Source: Balanoglossus misakiensis
Taxonomy: Eukaryota > Animalia > Hemichordata
Length of the DNA stretch: 64,000 bases
Direction: 5' to 3'
NCBI GenBank assembly: GCA_040954595.2
Contig: CM082578.2
Coordinates: 3,454,831-3,518,830 of the forward strand
The position numbers were made by a program, and so were the translations under genes. Under the pieces are notes generated by a model. The model was not told where the DNA came from, made no database searches, and saw only the letters and a program-made list of their open reading frames with translations. This document shows positions 11,904 through 25,700 of the stretch, piece after piece. Positions within the stretch are counted from its first letter, which is position 1, and each line of letters starts with the position of its first letter.

Positions 11904-13660
11904 AAAACCTTGTTGGTTGCAGAGCTTCCGTTAGCACAAAATCCTGCGTATTTCACGCATTTCTGACCATAATTATTGTGACAAAGTCTTCATTGCCCAT
12001 CTGTAGTTTGAAAGTAGCTTCGTGCATCAGTATATTCATGTATGATGTATTTGTGTATTGTGGTTAGAGAGACAGGTAAATGATGTTGATGGAATGGACT
12101 GTTCCAAGATTTATTTACATAAGCAGTGGTTCAGTCATAGACAGTAGAGGGGGGAAGTATTAAACATAGAGCCTATGGCATTGTAGCTACTATACTGAGA
12201 CTAAGATTGATGTCAAAACACACCGCATAATACAAGATGGCAGCAGCAAAGGACTGTTGACAAAATCCTATTACAGCAAAACAATCGTTTATGTATTGCT
12301 CACACTTTAATACAAATGCTAATAAAGATGCTCTCAAAATGTGCAAATATCCAGAATCACATTATCAGAATTGAATATTTATATATCTTCAATTTTTATA
12401 ATCAGTTGGTTTGTGATTGGAACATCGTATAAATTCAATAAAGGATAATTCATCACTATTATTTGTCAAGGTGTTGAACAGTTTCAAAATCTGGAAGGAA
12501 GGAAAGAATTTATTTAAAGAAGAACGCACCTTTGATCATTTAAGTTTATAACAATAATTTGCACAATGAACCCCCCCCCCCCACCATTTTTTTTCTTAAA
12601 GTGATTTGATATATTTTACACAAGTTATCTATCAAGTTTTAAAACAAGGTTAAATTTGGAAGCAGTAAACAATTACATCCAAGTGGATTTTTTTCGCCAA
12701 TATGTGTTTAATTTAACAGTGGAAATGCTATTCAATTATCAAACTCAACAAGAGAAAATTTCAAAACTTCTAAAAATACATTATTCATTATGTATAGATT
12801 CTTGAATGATGACAACATATGACGACCCTCCAAAATACTTATTTATGAGGCTGCTTTACAAAGATCAACGAAAACTAGCGATATATTAGAGAAGTGGTCG
12901 ATTGAGGGCGCGCTCCTAAAAAATCTCACCTAGTTGATTCCTCGGCGCAAACTAAAACGGGTCCATCCAATGCGGAACTTAACTATGGCATCATCTTTGT
13001 GCCAACAGCCAAATATTGTAAGTGTATCTACACATTGATTTATTTCATTTCACTTTGACACTCCAGAATCTATAATTTCGATGCGATTCTTGTCAAATTG
13101 CAGTCAAATCCATATTCATCAACATGTTACATCTTCCCCAATTTGCATTCAATGCAATCTTGACTACTTTTATCCCAATTCCAAGAAGACAGTTACCCTT
13201 AGCTATACCCATTTAGAATTAACTTTGCATAAAATGTAATAAAATTGTGTTTGGTGTCAGTACGGACTCCCAATTGAAAGTCCTCGCAAAAAATTGCGGT
13301 TTTAGTAAAGTAAAGTCTGGTCCGTGATTTTGAAGTGCAAAGCAATCAAGATCTTCTTAGTTCTGTCGCAGAATTGATTGCCCATACAATGAAAAAATGA
13401 ATTCCTCGTACCAATAATATCTCCTTGATGTTATCAGGCAATGAATACTGATGAGGAAGACTTAAATGTGACCTCGACTAGAGTCAACCAAAACACAAGA
13501 CAATTTCTCTACTCACAATGCTACTGATCCAAATGTACACACTTTCTAACTGTCTTATTTTTTTAAACACCAACATTTTTCTTTCTGGTTTGACTGTTTT
13601 AATTCAGAATTTTTTTTCTCATCAAAAGCTTCGTTCTTCATTGGACTAAGGAGACTATAA

Positions 13661-14470
13661 AGGGACCGTTCAGTTTTTACGGCTAGGGGCGGCAAAATCC
13701 GGGGGGACTCTCTTAAATTTGAAATCCAAAAGGGGGGGGGGTCATCTTTTTTTTCGAAACGTTTAGGGGGGGTCATGCACTTTTGCCCCCCCCCCCAACT
13801 TTTGCTTTTGAACCCACACAAATGAGTTTCGAGCCGTTTATTCTACACATTTTTCTAATGTATTAGCTGGTTTGTCTAGTGTACCAGGGCAGAGTACTAG
13901 CCACCCAACCCCGCCGATGATAACTTTGAGCAGCAAAAGTCAAAATTGTCCTCCCCAACATTGAGTAAATTTGCTTTTGAGTTAGTTCGTTAAAATGCAA
14001 CTGTGCGCTCAGTATTTTACACCATTTTCTTATATGGCAGGGGGACAACCCCTCCCACACCCAACCACTTCACTTCTCTTGTTTTACCAATTCTACCAAC
14101 TATTGTATTGACTTGTCATTTTAATTTATTCATAGATTTCTTCATTGCAACACAATACTATTATACACCTCATTTATACATTTCTTTAAGACATTTATGA
14201 ATGAGGGGTGGGGAGCCTCTTTCCCTTTATTGCATACAGTGTTCATAAGATCAGGAGGGCGAGCAGGCTCCTAGAAACGAGCTTATTTTCTTCCACAACT
14301 AGTTGTGGAATGTTTTTTTTTGGTTTTTTTTTGGGGGGGGGCATCATATTTTTTTGCCTGTCAAGGGGGGGGGGGCATTATTTTTTGGTCCTGGGTGAAG
14401 GGGGTCTGCCTAACTTTCAAAACCGATGACACAAACTTGCGCCCCAAGCCGTAAAAACTGAAGGGTCCCT
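13661..14470. mobile_element. Harbinger-like MITE with G/C-run-rich interior
   Basis: TIR AGGGACCGTTCAGTTTTTACGGCT...AGCCGTAAAAACTGAAGGGTCCCT. Confidence 0.75.
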
Positions 14471-15803
14471 TGCATTAATTAGAGAACCATTCAAGTTATC
14501 GTCATTCAAACGAGAAAACCAGTGTATATTCAACTTGTGCTTCCTTTGATCTAGGCTGTTTCTTACTTAAAGCGCCTAGCTCGTCTCACACGCACGTTCC
14601 AACTGTAGCCGCTGGTTACAGACGTTTAGTGAACAGTCAATCCCATAAGGCAGTGCTCTGTCCTAACGACAGACAAGATGGCGGTGACCATAATCTGTGT
14701 CGGAGATCGGGAAAAGCTTGGGTGAAAAGGAGGGACAAAACCAGAATCTACTTGTACAGTGCTCCTGAAATATGGAAGGAAGCGAAGGCAGTCCACTATT
14801 TGAATGCATCGACCGGAAAATTTGCTGGGAAGTTACGCGTATGCGCGTGAGACGATCTGTTGTCATTCAGAATGTGTTACTTTTCCTATCCCATTTCCAT
14901 TGAGTATTGAGAGCCAAGGGAATAATTATTCCTCGTGGAAAACTTACAAAAGAATTAATAATATAGAGTATAGCTGATTGCATCGGAATTGCTGACAACA
15001 ATGAGTATTCCACTTTCATAGAACTTAATAGAAGGACATCAATCATTGCAAAATAGACAATATTTGTACCGTGATCACCCGTTTTCCATTTTCAAGTTTG
15101 GTCACGTGGCATGTGTATTTTCTGGATCTACCTGGATGTGCAAAACGAAATTCACGGATTCTGCGAGTTCGACAAAAACGTCAATTTCGTACGTTGTGGA
15201 TTTATAGACAATTTCTGTATGAACTGCGTAAAATATATAAGATGGCGGTGATCCGGTTGAGACAAATAATTTCGCCTATATAGAGAACATGTTTTTTAAT
15301 TGCACGGCTGTTCGAGAGTTTTCAAAGATTTCCACGCGCCAAAGCAATGTTCATTGCTACCAAACGCGCTCTGTCTCTCGGTATGGTCCCAAAAAGAATT
15401 GTTCTGGTCAAAACACGTATTTCTTAATAATCCGGGCGTCAAGCATTTTTTTCTGTTTGTGTCTGGCGAGGCAGAACACGACTCAACGATATCAAACCAG
15501 AAATTTGCAGAAGAATATACATTTGTCGACACACGCGATCATTAACTGTTTGGCAACCGGTATATTGACACTGACCGCACGAATATGCACTGCCAAATGA
15601 TAGAAAGTATGTCGGTGTGGAAGGAATTTGCTAGAAATAACATTTCCCTACAACGTACGTGTATGTTATCATCGTCTCCATGATCAGCATTTTGCGGTTA
15701 TGGATCACGTAGTTTTTCTTATCCTCGGTTATCGACCGCAATAAATGTTTCGAGAAAAGGCGGGGGGTGAGAGAGAAGAAAAAATTACGAAGAAAAACGA
15801 CGA

Positions 15804-16666
15804 AGGAAATAGAAGAAAAGAACTGTGGCATATGCATGGGTATGCATATAGCTCATACACGCTCAAAAAATGACAAATTCTCGACTTTGTGAATTTTGAT
15901 AATTTTGGCATTTTCATGTCATACGCATGGGTTATAGCTCATACATGCTGAAAAATGACAAATTCTTGACTTTGTGAATGTAATTTTGGCATCCTCATGT
16001 CATATGCATTGGGTTATATATAGCTCATACATCTACGGTGTACATGTATAGGCCTAAAACAATGTGGTTGTTACCAATTTACTTTGATAAACATGCTGGC
16101 AGGGTCTCCATGAACACAGGAACAATGCTAATGATGTGTTTATCAACAAGAAAGTTGTACATGATGTGAAGTTAAGCACAACCACATATCACTGTTTTAC
16201 AGATAAAAAATTTAATTTTAAAGTGGCACACAGGAAATAGAAGAAAAGAACTGTGGCATATGCATGGGTATGCATATAGCTCATACACGCTCAAAAAATG
16301 ACAAATTCTCGACTTTGTGAATTTTGATCATTTTGGCATTTTCATGTCATACGCATGGGTTATAGCTCATACATGCTGAAAAATGACAAATTCTTGACTT
16401 TGTGAATGTTGATAATTTTGGCATCCTCATGTCATATGCATTGGGTTATATATAGCTCATACATCTACGGTGTACATGTATAGGCCTAAAACAATGTGGT
16501 TGTTACCAATTTACTTTGATAAACATGCTGGCAGGGTCTCCATGAACACAGGAACAATGCTAATGATGTGTTTATCAACAAGAAAGTTGTACATGATGTG
16601 AAGTTAAGCACAACCACATATCACTGTTTTACAGATAAAAAATTTAATTTTAAAGTGGCACACAGG
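15804..16666. repeat. Recent ~430-bp tandem duplication immediately upstream of family copy 1
   Basis: 15804-16234 and 16232-16666 near-identical (one 4-bp indel), AGG microhomology at the junction; each unit has an internal ~75-bp repeat. Confidence 0.95.
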
Positions 16667-16757
16667 CCAATATGATGTGACCACGTGACAGTTTCATGCG
16701 GACAGGAAAATAAAGTTATGACAAAAATAGCCTGGTGCTTCATATGAATATAATTTG

Positions 16758-16795
16758 TATATATAGGGAGTAACGAGTCGAGGAGTTTCAACATA
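16758..16795 (+). promoter_or_regulatory. Putative TATA box and initiator of family copy 1
   Basis: TATATATA at 16758 with TTTCAACAT ~30 bp downstream; similar arrangement in copies 2 (20303), 4 (~26932) and 6 (~37250); disrupted in copies 3 and 5. Confidence 0.55.
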
Positions 16796-16817
16796 GCTGA
16801 GACAAACCTTGCTGTCA

Positions 16818-18470
16818 ATGTTTGCATTCGTTTGTAGGACACACACAATGGTAAGTTTACGCGAATGACTGTGCACTTAGGATATAGTGTGTAGGCCTAC
16901 ACAAATTGTACGTACTCGGTCAGGCTTTGCCAGAACAGTGCATCATTTTCGTCGTGGTATTTTTGACACAGACGGGAAAAAGTTACTATAGCGAATACGA
17001 CTAAACACACAACAATTTCAGATCATGACTATATGAAATTCTGAAAGAGTCATGAGTTTAACTCAGACGTATAAACAAATATATGATATTGCGAAACGTA
17101 TAGAACATTACGAATAATGCAACTACATGTATTTTGAAAAGGGAAAGACGACATAAACTCATGATGTCAATACATCTGTTTTTTCTATCTCAGACATTTC
17201 GACGATTTGCCGCCACAACAATAGTTGTGTTGATATCGTTTCATGCGAGTGTGGCCGTGGTGAAGGGAGAGGATAGGGAGAACAGTCCAACTTGCTTCGG
17301 TGAAACATGTAAGGTTATTGTAGAAGCCGACGACGGATTGAATTACGTAGACTGTAATATAACACAAGAGTGTCCCGCAGACCTGTTCGCCAAAGTCAGC
17401 GATGTTAAGGCTGGTCTTGTGCAGGAGACAAGCCGAAGTTCTATTGCATACACCATGGATTTTCACACCGATATTCACTTTTCAGTTGTTGTGATATCAG
17501 GCAGACGCCTTTCCGATGATATTGATCTGGTGCGTAAAATATATCATAGTCATTCTTTGATATTGTTTAAGCATTGTATTTCTGATGTGTAAATCCCCAG
17601 TCAAGTGCCTGAAAATACTGGGTGATTTAATAGCGGATATCCATGCAGACTCGGGTCTTTGCATATCGCTGTTTCTGCTAGGGCTTTCGGCCATCCAGCA
17701 CGACCGACTCCTCCAATCGCAACACAAAATTTATATTAAAGGTAACTAATTAGTCTGAATTATCAAATGTAATTTTTGAATCCCAGGTATACATGTACTT
17801 GTCTATAACAAACCTTCCGTTCTGTCAAATACAGGGCCCAGGTGACGGGAAAAAGTTGATTTCTAATTGTGGGCACTGTGATGTGATACTGTATGAAAAC
17901 GGAGTTGGCGCTTATGATTGCAAGGTTTGTATATTGTGAACCATTACAACTTTTGATATTGATATAGGCCTAGTGCACAAAAAATCATGTCGCCTGAAGC
18001 AAGGAGAGAAAAGAAATTTTAGCTTTTCTTGTTGTCATAGGCTAAACATGAAGAATACAAAAAAGCCAGATATGGACAATTTAAACTGACGTTTTAGTTC
18101 AACGGTCCGGGAAACATGAGGTGATCAATAATGGAAATTCACAATCACACACGAGTGAGCCGGTGAACAATATCTCCCGTAAATGAAACACGAGGCGTTA
18201 ATGGAATTTCTTTTTATAAAACTGTGGTGGATCTCCTATAATATAGACATGACTAACATTCAATTGATCTGTTCTTCAGATTAAACCTGATCTACCCTTT
18301 GACTAATGTTTGATATCCCCTTTCAGGAATCGGTGTGTCACGATGCATTCGCAGGTCCCTTTTCCTGGGCTCCGGTGAAACCAGTCACTGATGCTTTCAG
18401 CGGCTCTTGCTTAGAGACCAACCCTCACTTTGGCGAAGTGTTCTATTACTGCGATTTCTATTTCGTCTGA
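16818..18470 (+). CDS. Secreted Cys-rich protein family, copy 1 (intact, 190-200 aa)
   Basis: Exons 16818-16850, 17194-17529, 17835-17924, 18327-18470; all GT-AG, phase 0; signal peptide MTFRRFAATTIVVLISFHASVAVVKG; 10 Cys after it; AATAAA at 18553. Confidence 0.88.
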
Positions 18471-20360
18471 TTTTGGTGAATTATTTCGAAAAAAACGGAT
18501 TCTCTTTAGACTGCATGGTGCTGTGGGAATGTTTTGCACGCTTATATATGCCAATAAAAGCTGAATAAGAAAAATAATTGTCTTTTGTTAACAATGGTGT
18601 ATATTTCATTGTCTTTACGCCGTCTACGTTGGTGCCGGTCAAGATTATTGTTATCACAGTCATAAATTTCTTTTCATTCTTGCAATTCATAAGAACTCAG
18701 TGCATAAGGTTGGAGTTCTGACAATCATACAGTGTTGCAAAAATGATGCATAGCTATAACTCTCATCAATGCATGTCCACTATAGAGATCTCATTACAAT
18801 AGCCAACATGTGGTCTGACCCATATGTAACAGCATACAAACGGGCACTCCCACTCAACTCAATCTGCGACTCCAGTCCTTGACTGGGGTGGGTGTACCTA
18901 CCTCTACAGGCCTCAACGATTATTTTTTGTCTAAATCTCTCATCTAATGTTTATTCGGCTTTGTCTACAATCAAAGTGGAGTTTGTTAACAGTTTACCAG
19001 TAGTAAAGCATGTTTAATTGAAGAAGTCAATTGGAATAGGCCAATTTTTTGTGGTACCAAACAAAATTGTGCAAAAGAGATAAAAAAGAGAAAATTGTCC
19101 ATTTAACATGAGAAAGTGCATATATCTATTGCAGAAATATTTAATCTTCATTTCAATCTATTAATACAAATGAAAACAAGTAATAAAGCTTTAACAAAAA
19201 TAACCAGCTATAGCATATTTAAGTACACATACCAGCATTTTATTAATACTATTTTGTATACAGTTTCTTTATGGGAGTGCAAAACAATCATGATGTACAT
19301 ACTTATGCTGAGCGAAACCGTGCAGAAATATGAGTGAAGTTTTGACCTTTGCAGGTCTGTGGTGAAGGCCGTGTAATTGAGGGAACACACAGAACTGTAC
19401 ACAGGGCTTAGTCTAGTATAATAATCCATGCAAATGACATGAAAATGCTAACAACCTTTCTTGATTCCGACACCTTTGAAAAAATAAATTCGAGAAAAAA
19501 ACATCTACACGTGTCTAGTTACACTCGCTCTTACACACGTGGAAGTAGCAGATTGATTCTGTCGGTGATGGCGCTAGTCCTACGGGCTATTGAAATGGGC
19601 GTCGCACAACTTTCAAGTACAAACCATGCTGATCTGTGCATTGGAGTTTAAAGGAATTTACACCTTACCTTCGGCAAAATAAGACGATGGTCTTATCCTA
19701 TCCAAGAAATTCAAACTTCCGGCGCATGAGTTATTCTTGCCCATAAAAGCCAAATTTATCCACCAAATCCTTCAGCGCGATTCAAATTTCACCGCCGGCC
19801 GCCATCTTTAAAACTCTAAGATCTCGCAAAGTCCCACGGGATTTCTGGAAACTTGGAAAATTTATTACGTCCGTTTTCGCATAGCAGATGTTATTGTTTA
19901 TTCTTCACTGCTGTTTTTATCACTACATTTGGGGTGCGTCCATGATAAAACAATGTGGTTGTAACTGTTTATCATTTTCCCTACTTACTTTTTATCATTT
20001 TTCCAACTTACTTTGCCAAAACATGTACATGTCTTGGTTGACAGGGTCTCCCTGATCATGGAAATATTAAAATTACCAACAAGAAAGTTGCCTTTGATGT
20101 GCAGTAGGCTACAGCGCTACCACATATCACTGTTTTACAGATAACAAATTGAATTTGTTGCACCACAGTAGTGCATGCCTCCTCGCTCTATGAACGATAT
20201 GGTTGAACACAAGCCTATATGACAAACCACGTGACAGTCATATGCCGACATGAAAATAAATTTATGACAAAAATAGCTTGGTGCTTATGAATATAATTTG
20301 CTTATATAGAGAGTGACGAGTCAAGAAATTTCGATACAGCTGAGACGAACCTAGTTGTCG

Positions 20361-22293
20361 ATGCGTGCATTCGTATGTAACATGCGCACAATGGTGAGTA
20401 AACTTTAAAACTGGTGCACTACTGAATCTTTAGTGCAGTGTGTACACAATTTGTGATAATTTTCGTCTTGATATTTTTTACTCAGTTAGCAAAATGCTAC
20501 TATAATAGCGAATACGACTAAAGGGACAACAATTTCAGATCATGACTAGGCTTATATGAAATTCAGAGAGTCGTGATTTCAACACAGAGGTATATTCTTT
20601 TAATAAACAACAAGGCAGTCAAGATGATTTTGTGAAACCTACAGAACAATGAAAATAATGCAAGTATTATAAAAAGGGGGAAAGACGATGTAAATTCATG
20701 ATGTCAATACATCTGTTTTTCTATCTCAGACATTTCAGCGATTCGCCGCCGCAACAATATTTGTGTTGATATCGTTTCATGCGTGTGGATCTATGGTGAA
20801 TGCAGAGAATGGATTTCATGCGAGTGGGGCCGTGGTGAATGAAGAGAATGGGGAGCTAAGTCGCGAATGTCACGGTGAAAGGTGCGATGTTGATGTGAAC
20901 GCAGATGACGGATTGTCTTACGGGTACTGCGAGTTGAAACAAGAGTGTCGTTCAGAGCTGGTTGCCAAAATCAATGACGTCAAAGCTGGTCTTGTACAGG
21001 AAAGAAGTCGAAGCTCTGTTGTATACGCTATGGATTACAAGAACGATACGCATTATACATTTTTTATAATATCAGGCAAGCGCATTTCCGATGATATTGA
21101 CCTGGTGCGTATAATCATTATTTCATGTTTAAAGCCCCTATAGCTGCCACATTTCAAAATATATTTTCCATAGTAAAATACTTTAAATATATTCCCTATC
21201 CTCTTGTTTGCCACGTTGTTTGCATTTGCATCAGTTTGTCATCTCTTGGCGACGCATACGACTATAGGTGCGTACTGTTTGTATGGAGGCTGATTAAAAC
21301 GGCGCGGCACTGTTTTAATACACAGTGTTTTCAACTTGCAACATACAGCCAAAATCGGGCATCGATAACGTGTTCATGTATATACCTATCAGTAAACTTA
21401 TTTAGACGGACCAATTTAAATTGTACAAGTAAATAATTAAAATAATGCGAAAAGTGGCAGCTATATGTGTAGAAGTGCATATCCCCTGTTGACAGTGTCT
21501 GAAAATAGTATGGGATTAGCGGATAATCTAAACTTGATCTGCATGCAGACATGAGCCTTTGCATGTCGCTGTTTCTGTATAGCTTTAAAAATCCTCCAGG
21601 GTTCATATCTGAACATTGAACACAACAACACTGGTAACTAATCTGTCTGAATTATCAAACGTACTTTTCTTCGAGTTTTTAGTTTCAGGTACTTGTCTAT
21701 AATGTATTTTCCGTTCTATCAAATACAGGGCCCTGGTGACGGGAAAGAGTCGATTTCTAATTGTGGGCACTGTAATGTGACGTTGTATGAAAACGGAGTT
21801 ACCCTTTTTCATTGTAAGGTTTGTATATTGTGAACCATGACAACTTATTTTGATATCAATATTGGCCAAATGCACACACACACAAAATATGTTGCCTGAA
21901 GCAAGGCGAGAAAAGGCTCTCCACGTTGTCATAGCCTTAACATTAAGAAATGAAAAAAAAAACGACAACTATACAGCAAACAGGTTGGTGGACGATTTAA
22001 ACTGACGTTTTATTTCATGAGTCCTGGAAACATGGGGCGTTAATGAAAATTTCCTTTTATTAATAACTGTTGCTGTTATTGATCTTCTACAATATAGACT
22101 AACAATCAATTAATAATTTCTTCCTGATTTAAATTTTACGTTTCAGGTATCAGAATGTCACGACGCATACTCGGGTCCCTTTTCCTGGGTGCCGTTCAAA
22201 CCAGTCACTTCTTCCCTCCCTGACGGTTTTTGCGAGGAGGTCAACCCTCATTTTAGTGAAGTGTTGTATTATTGCGATTTCTATTTGTCCTGA
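20361..22293 (+). CDS. Secreted Cys-rich protein family, copy 2 (intact)
   Basis: Exons 20361-20393, 20730-21104, 21729-21818, 22147-22293; open frame throughout; 13-aa internal duplication. Confidence 0.88.
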
Positions 22294-22706
22294 TTTTGGC
22301 GAATTATCTTGATGAAATGGATTTGTCTTTAAACTGCATGGTGCCGTGGGAATATTTTACAAGCTTATATATGCCAATAAAAGATGAATAAGAAAAGTAA
22401 TTTTCTTGTGTTAACAATGGTGTATCTTTCATTGTCTTTACGCCGTCTACATTCGTGCCGGCCAAGAGAAATGTTGCCTCAGTTCTAATTGTCTTTGCGC
22501 ACATGGCGGCTTTCTGACAATCGTACAGAATTCAAAAATTATGCGTAGCCAACTTTTATGTCCACAACAGACATCACTTTACAATAGCCAATAAGTGGTC
22601 TAAACCTCGTGTAACAGCATGCTTCTCTAAATTTTTCACCAACTGTTTAATCTAGTCTGTCTACAAGCAAGTTGAATTTGGTACCCTTACAGTTGGCTAT
22701 TATTAA

Positions 22707-23048
22707 AGGGACAAAGTCTCTCTCTCGCTGCCCTTCTTCCATTAATTATGTTTGATACAAGACACCGTTTATGCTAATGTACATGTGTAGATGTAGTGAA
22801 TGAACACCACACACACCTCCCATCCCGCTTGTATGATATGAGAGTAAAAATTCGCCCAAAATGAATAAATGGTACAGAACGATTATTCATTTTGGCAATT
22901 TTTTTCACTCTCGTGTCTACAAGTGGGATGGAAGTTGTGTGAGGATGAACGTTGATTCATTATATATCTACATGTACATTAACATAATGGTGTCTTGTAT
23001 CAAACGTAATTAGTGGAAAAAGGGCAGCGAGAGAGAGACTTTGTCCCT
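22707..23048. mobile_element. Fold-back TTAA-flanked MITE (Kolobok-like); second copy 30701-31031
   Basis: TTAA|AGGGACAAAGTCTCTCTCTCGC...GCGAGAGAGAGACTTTGTCCCT|TTAA; almost wholly palindromic. Confidence 0.9.
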
Positions 23049-23798
23049 TTAAAGTCCCATTAGCTGTAACTTTACGCTATGTTTTCAGTATTTTTGTTTT
23101 CTGTATCTATGCAGTTTTTTGTTCAAATCCTTGAAGTATGAAGAAATGCCCAGCATACAGCATATCATACCATACAGCTAATGTCCCATCTTTAAATAAG
23201 TCAATCGGCACAGACAATTTTCGTACCAAACAAAGAAAATTGGCGAAAAGAGAGCGACTTTGTTCCATTATCATGAGAAAGTGAATCTATTGCAGAAATA
23301 TTCGATGCTGTATCTTCATTACAATCTATTAATACAAACGCAAACAATGTACTAAAGATGTAACAAAAATACCCAGCCATTGTATATTTAATTTTAGTAC
23401 CCGTAACAGCATTTCGTGTAAAATTCATTTATAGAATGCAAAACAATCATGATGTACATACTAATGCCGGGCATGAGCATATAGAGTTGTAGGAATGGAG
23501 AAATGTGAGCGAAGTTTGTAAGAATTTTCCGCGCCACACGTAATTGTCCAAGAATCTAGAGCCCCACTATGTTCAGCCGCCAGTGCTGTTAGTTTTCGTG
23601 TTTGAACGACAACCGCTGACACAAAAGACACGAAATGTATTCAAGTTGCACGTATTCCAATATGGCGCCGCCACATTAAATTTTTTACAGACAGAAATAA
23701 AAATAAATGACAAAAATAACTTGGTGCTTACGGATACAATTTGTATACTGTTTACCAGTATCGAGTGACGTGTCAAAAACTTTAAAACCTTGCTGTCG

Positions 23799-25392
23799 AT
23801 GCTTGCATTCGTACGTAACATGCACACAATGGTAAGTTCATACAAGACTTATAGAATGATGGTAAGTGTTCTGTCAAGCTTGGCCAGATGACAGGGCATC
23901 GTGTTTGATTTCCTGACCATTGTCGTTTACTTTTTGACACAAATGGCATTAGGCAAGAAGTCACTAGTCATACAGCGAATACGACCAAAAGGACAACCAT
24001 TTCTATTCGTGACTGAGTAGAAAATGTTAAAAAAAATGTTTGTTTTTTCATTACACAGTGAAGTACCTTTGTGGTCTTCTTTGTTTAATTTAAACAGACC
24101 CATTTTTCTAGTATATTGTAAAAACACAATAGCACAAATGATGCAACAATTTTAATAAGAAAAGGACGATATCAACTCATAATTTCATGTTCATCTGTTT
24201 TCCTTGTTCTATCTCAGACATTTCAACGATTTGCTGCCGCAACAATAGTTGTGTTGATATCGTTTCATGCGAGTGGATCTATGGTGAATGCAGAGAATGG
24301 ATTTCATGCGAGTGGGGCCGTGGTGAAGGGAGAGGATGGGGAGAAGAGTTTAAAATGCAAGGTTGATGTGATCGCAGAAGACGGATTGAATTACGTAGAC
24401 TGTAATATCACAGAGGAGTATCCTTCAGAGCTGCTCGCCAAGGTCAATGACGTCAGGGCTGGTCTTGTCAAGGAACGAAGTCGAAATTCGAATATTTGCG
24501 CTACGGGTTTTAAGACTGATACTAGGTTTTCAACTGTTATAATATCCGACAATCACCCTTCTGATAATATCGACCTGGTGAGTAATCTTACTATCCTTTC
24601 TGTCTCCGCTTAGGGACTAAAACAGCTGTCTGCCGAAGTGTATTAGAAATCCCGTAATAACTGTCTGAAAATATAGTTGATGAGCGGCTAATTCGTACAC
24701 GTCACGCAGACTTACGACTTTTCTTGTCGCTGTTTTTGTTTAGTAGAATTGAAGTCTATCATGAGATCCCATCTAAGGTTCATCTCTCAACACCACAACA
24801 AAACAATTCAACAATTAAAAGTAACTAATCTGTCAGTATGACCAAGTAATGTTTTCATATAATACACGATTATATAGAAAGGCTTCAAAACTGTGATAAA
24901 TGTCAGGTACTTGTCTAACGCATTTTCCATTCTATTAAATACAGGGCCCTGGTGACGGAATCAAGTTGATTTCCAGTTGTGAACACTGTGATTTGACACT
25001 GTATGCCAATGGAATTACTGCTTATCATTGCAAGGTGTGTATATTGTGAACCATTATTATAATGCGCTTTTGGTTTGATGACAATACATAATACAACATC
25101 ATAATGCATGTTGCCTGACAATCAGGACAGGATAGAAATCATTATTCTAGCTTTTCAGTGTTGTTTTTGTAGACTAAAACAAACAGAATTGAAAAATAGC
25201 ATGCACAGGCCGGTGGAAAATTAACCCTTTCCCATCCCTTTTCAGGAAACGGAATGTGACGACGCATTCTCGGGTCCCTTTTCCTGGGTTCCGGTCAAAC
25301 CAGTTTCTTTTTCCATCCCCGACGGCGCTTGTCTGTATTCCATCCCTCGGTTTGGAGAGCAGTTCTTTTTCTGCGATTTCTATCTTCCCTAA
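23799..25392 (+). CDS. Secreted Cys-rich protein family, copy 3 (intact reading frame)
   Basis: Exons 23799-23831, 24218-24577, 24945-25034, 25246-25392; TATA region altered. Confidence 0.82.
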
Positions 25393-25700
25393 TTTTGGTG
25401 AATTATCTTAAGGACATGGATTTTTCTGTAACGTTCGTGAAATACTCATAGTCAAACTGTATTGAGTTTGAGAGGAATGTATTAAATAATGTCTATAAAG
25501 GAATTGTAGTAGTCTCGTAGTAATGGTTTGTTTACATGCCATAAAATCTGAATATTAGCAAACAGTTCAGTGAATACAACATTTTGCGTAACACAAGTTC
25601 CGGGGCCCCTAGTCTTTTGCGTGGGACATTTTCGTAATTTTTGACGGTTTTTCTTGAGTTCGTTGGTAATATCATGGAAATAATCGACTCCCCCCCCCCC

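Noticed and set aside
23657-23666. CCAATATGG as a CArG box in copies 3-5
   Set aside because: Only five A/T between CC and GG; conservation is explained by recent duplication
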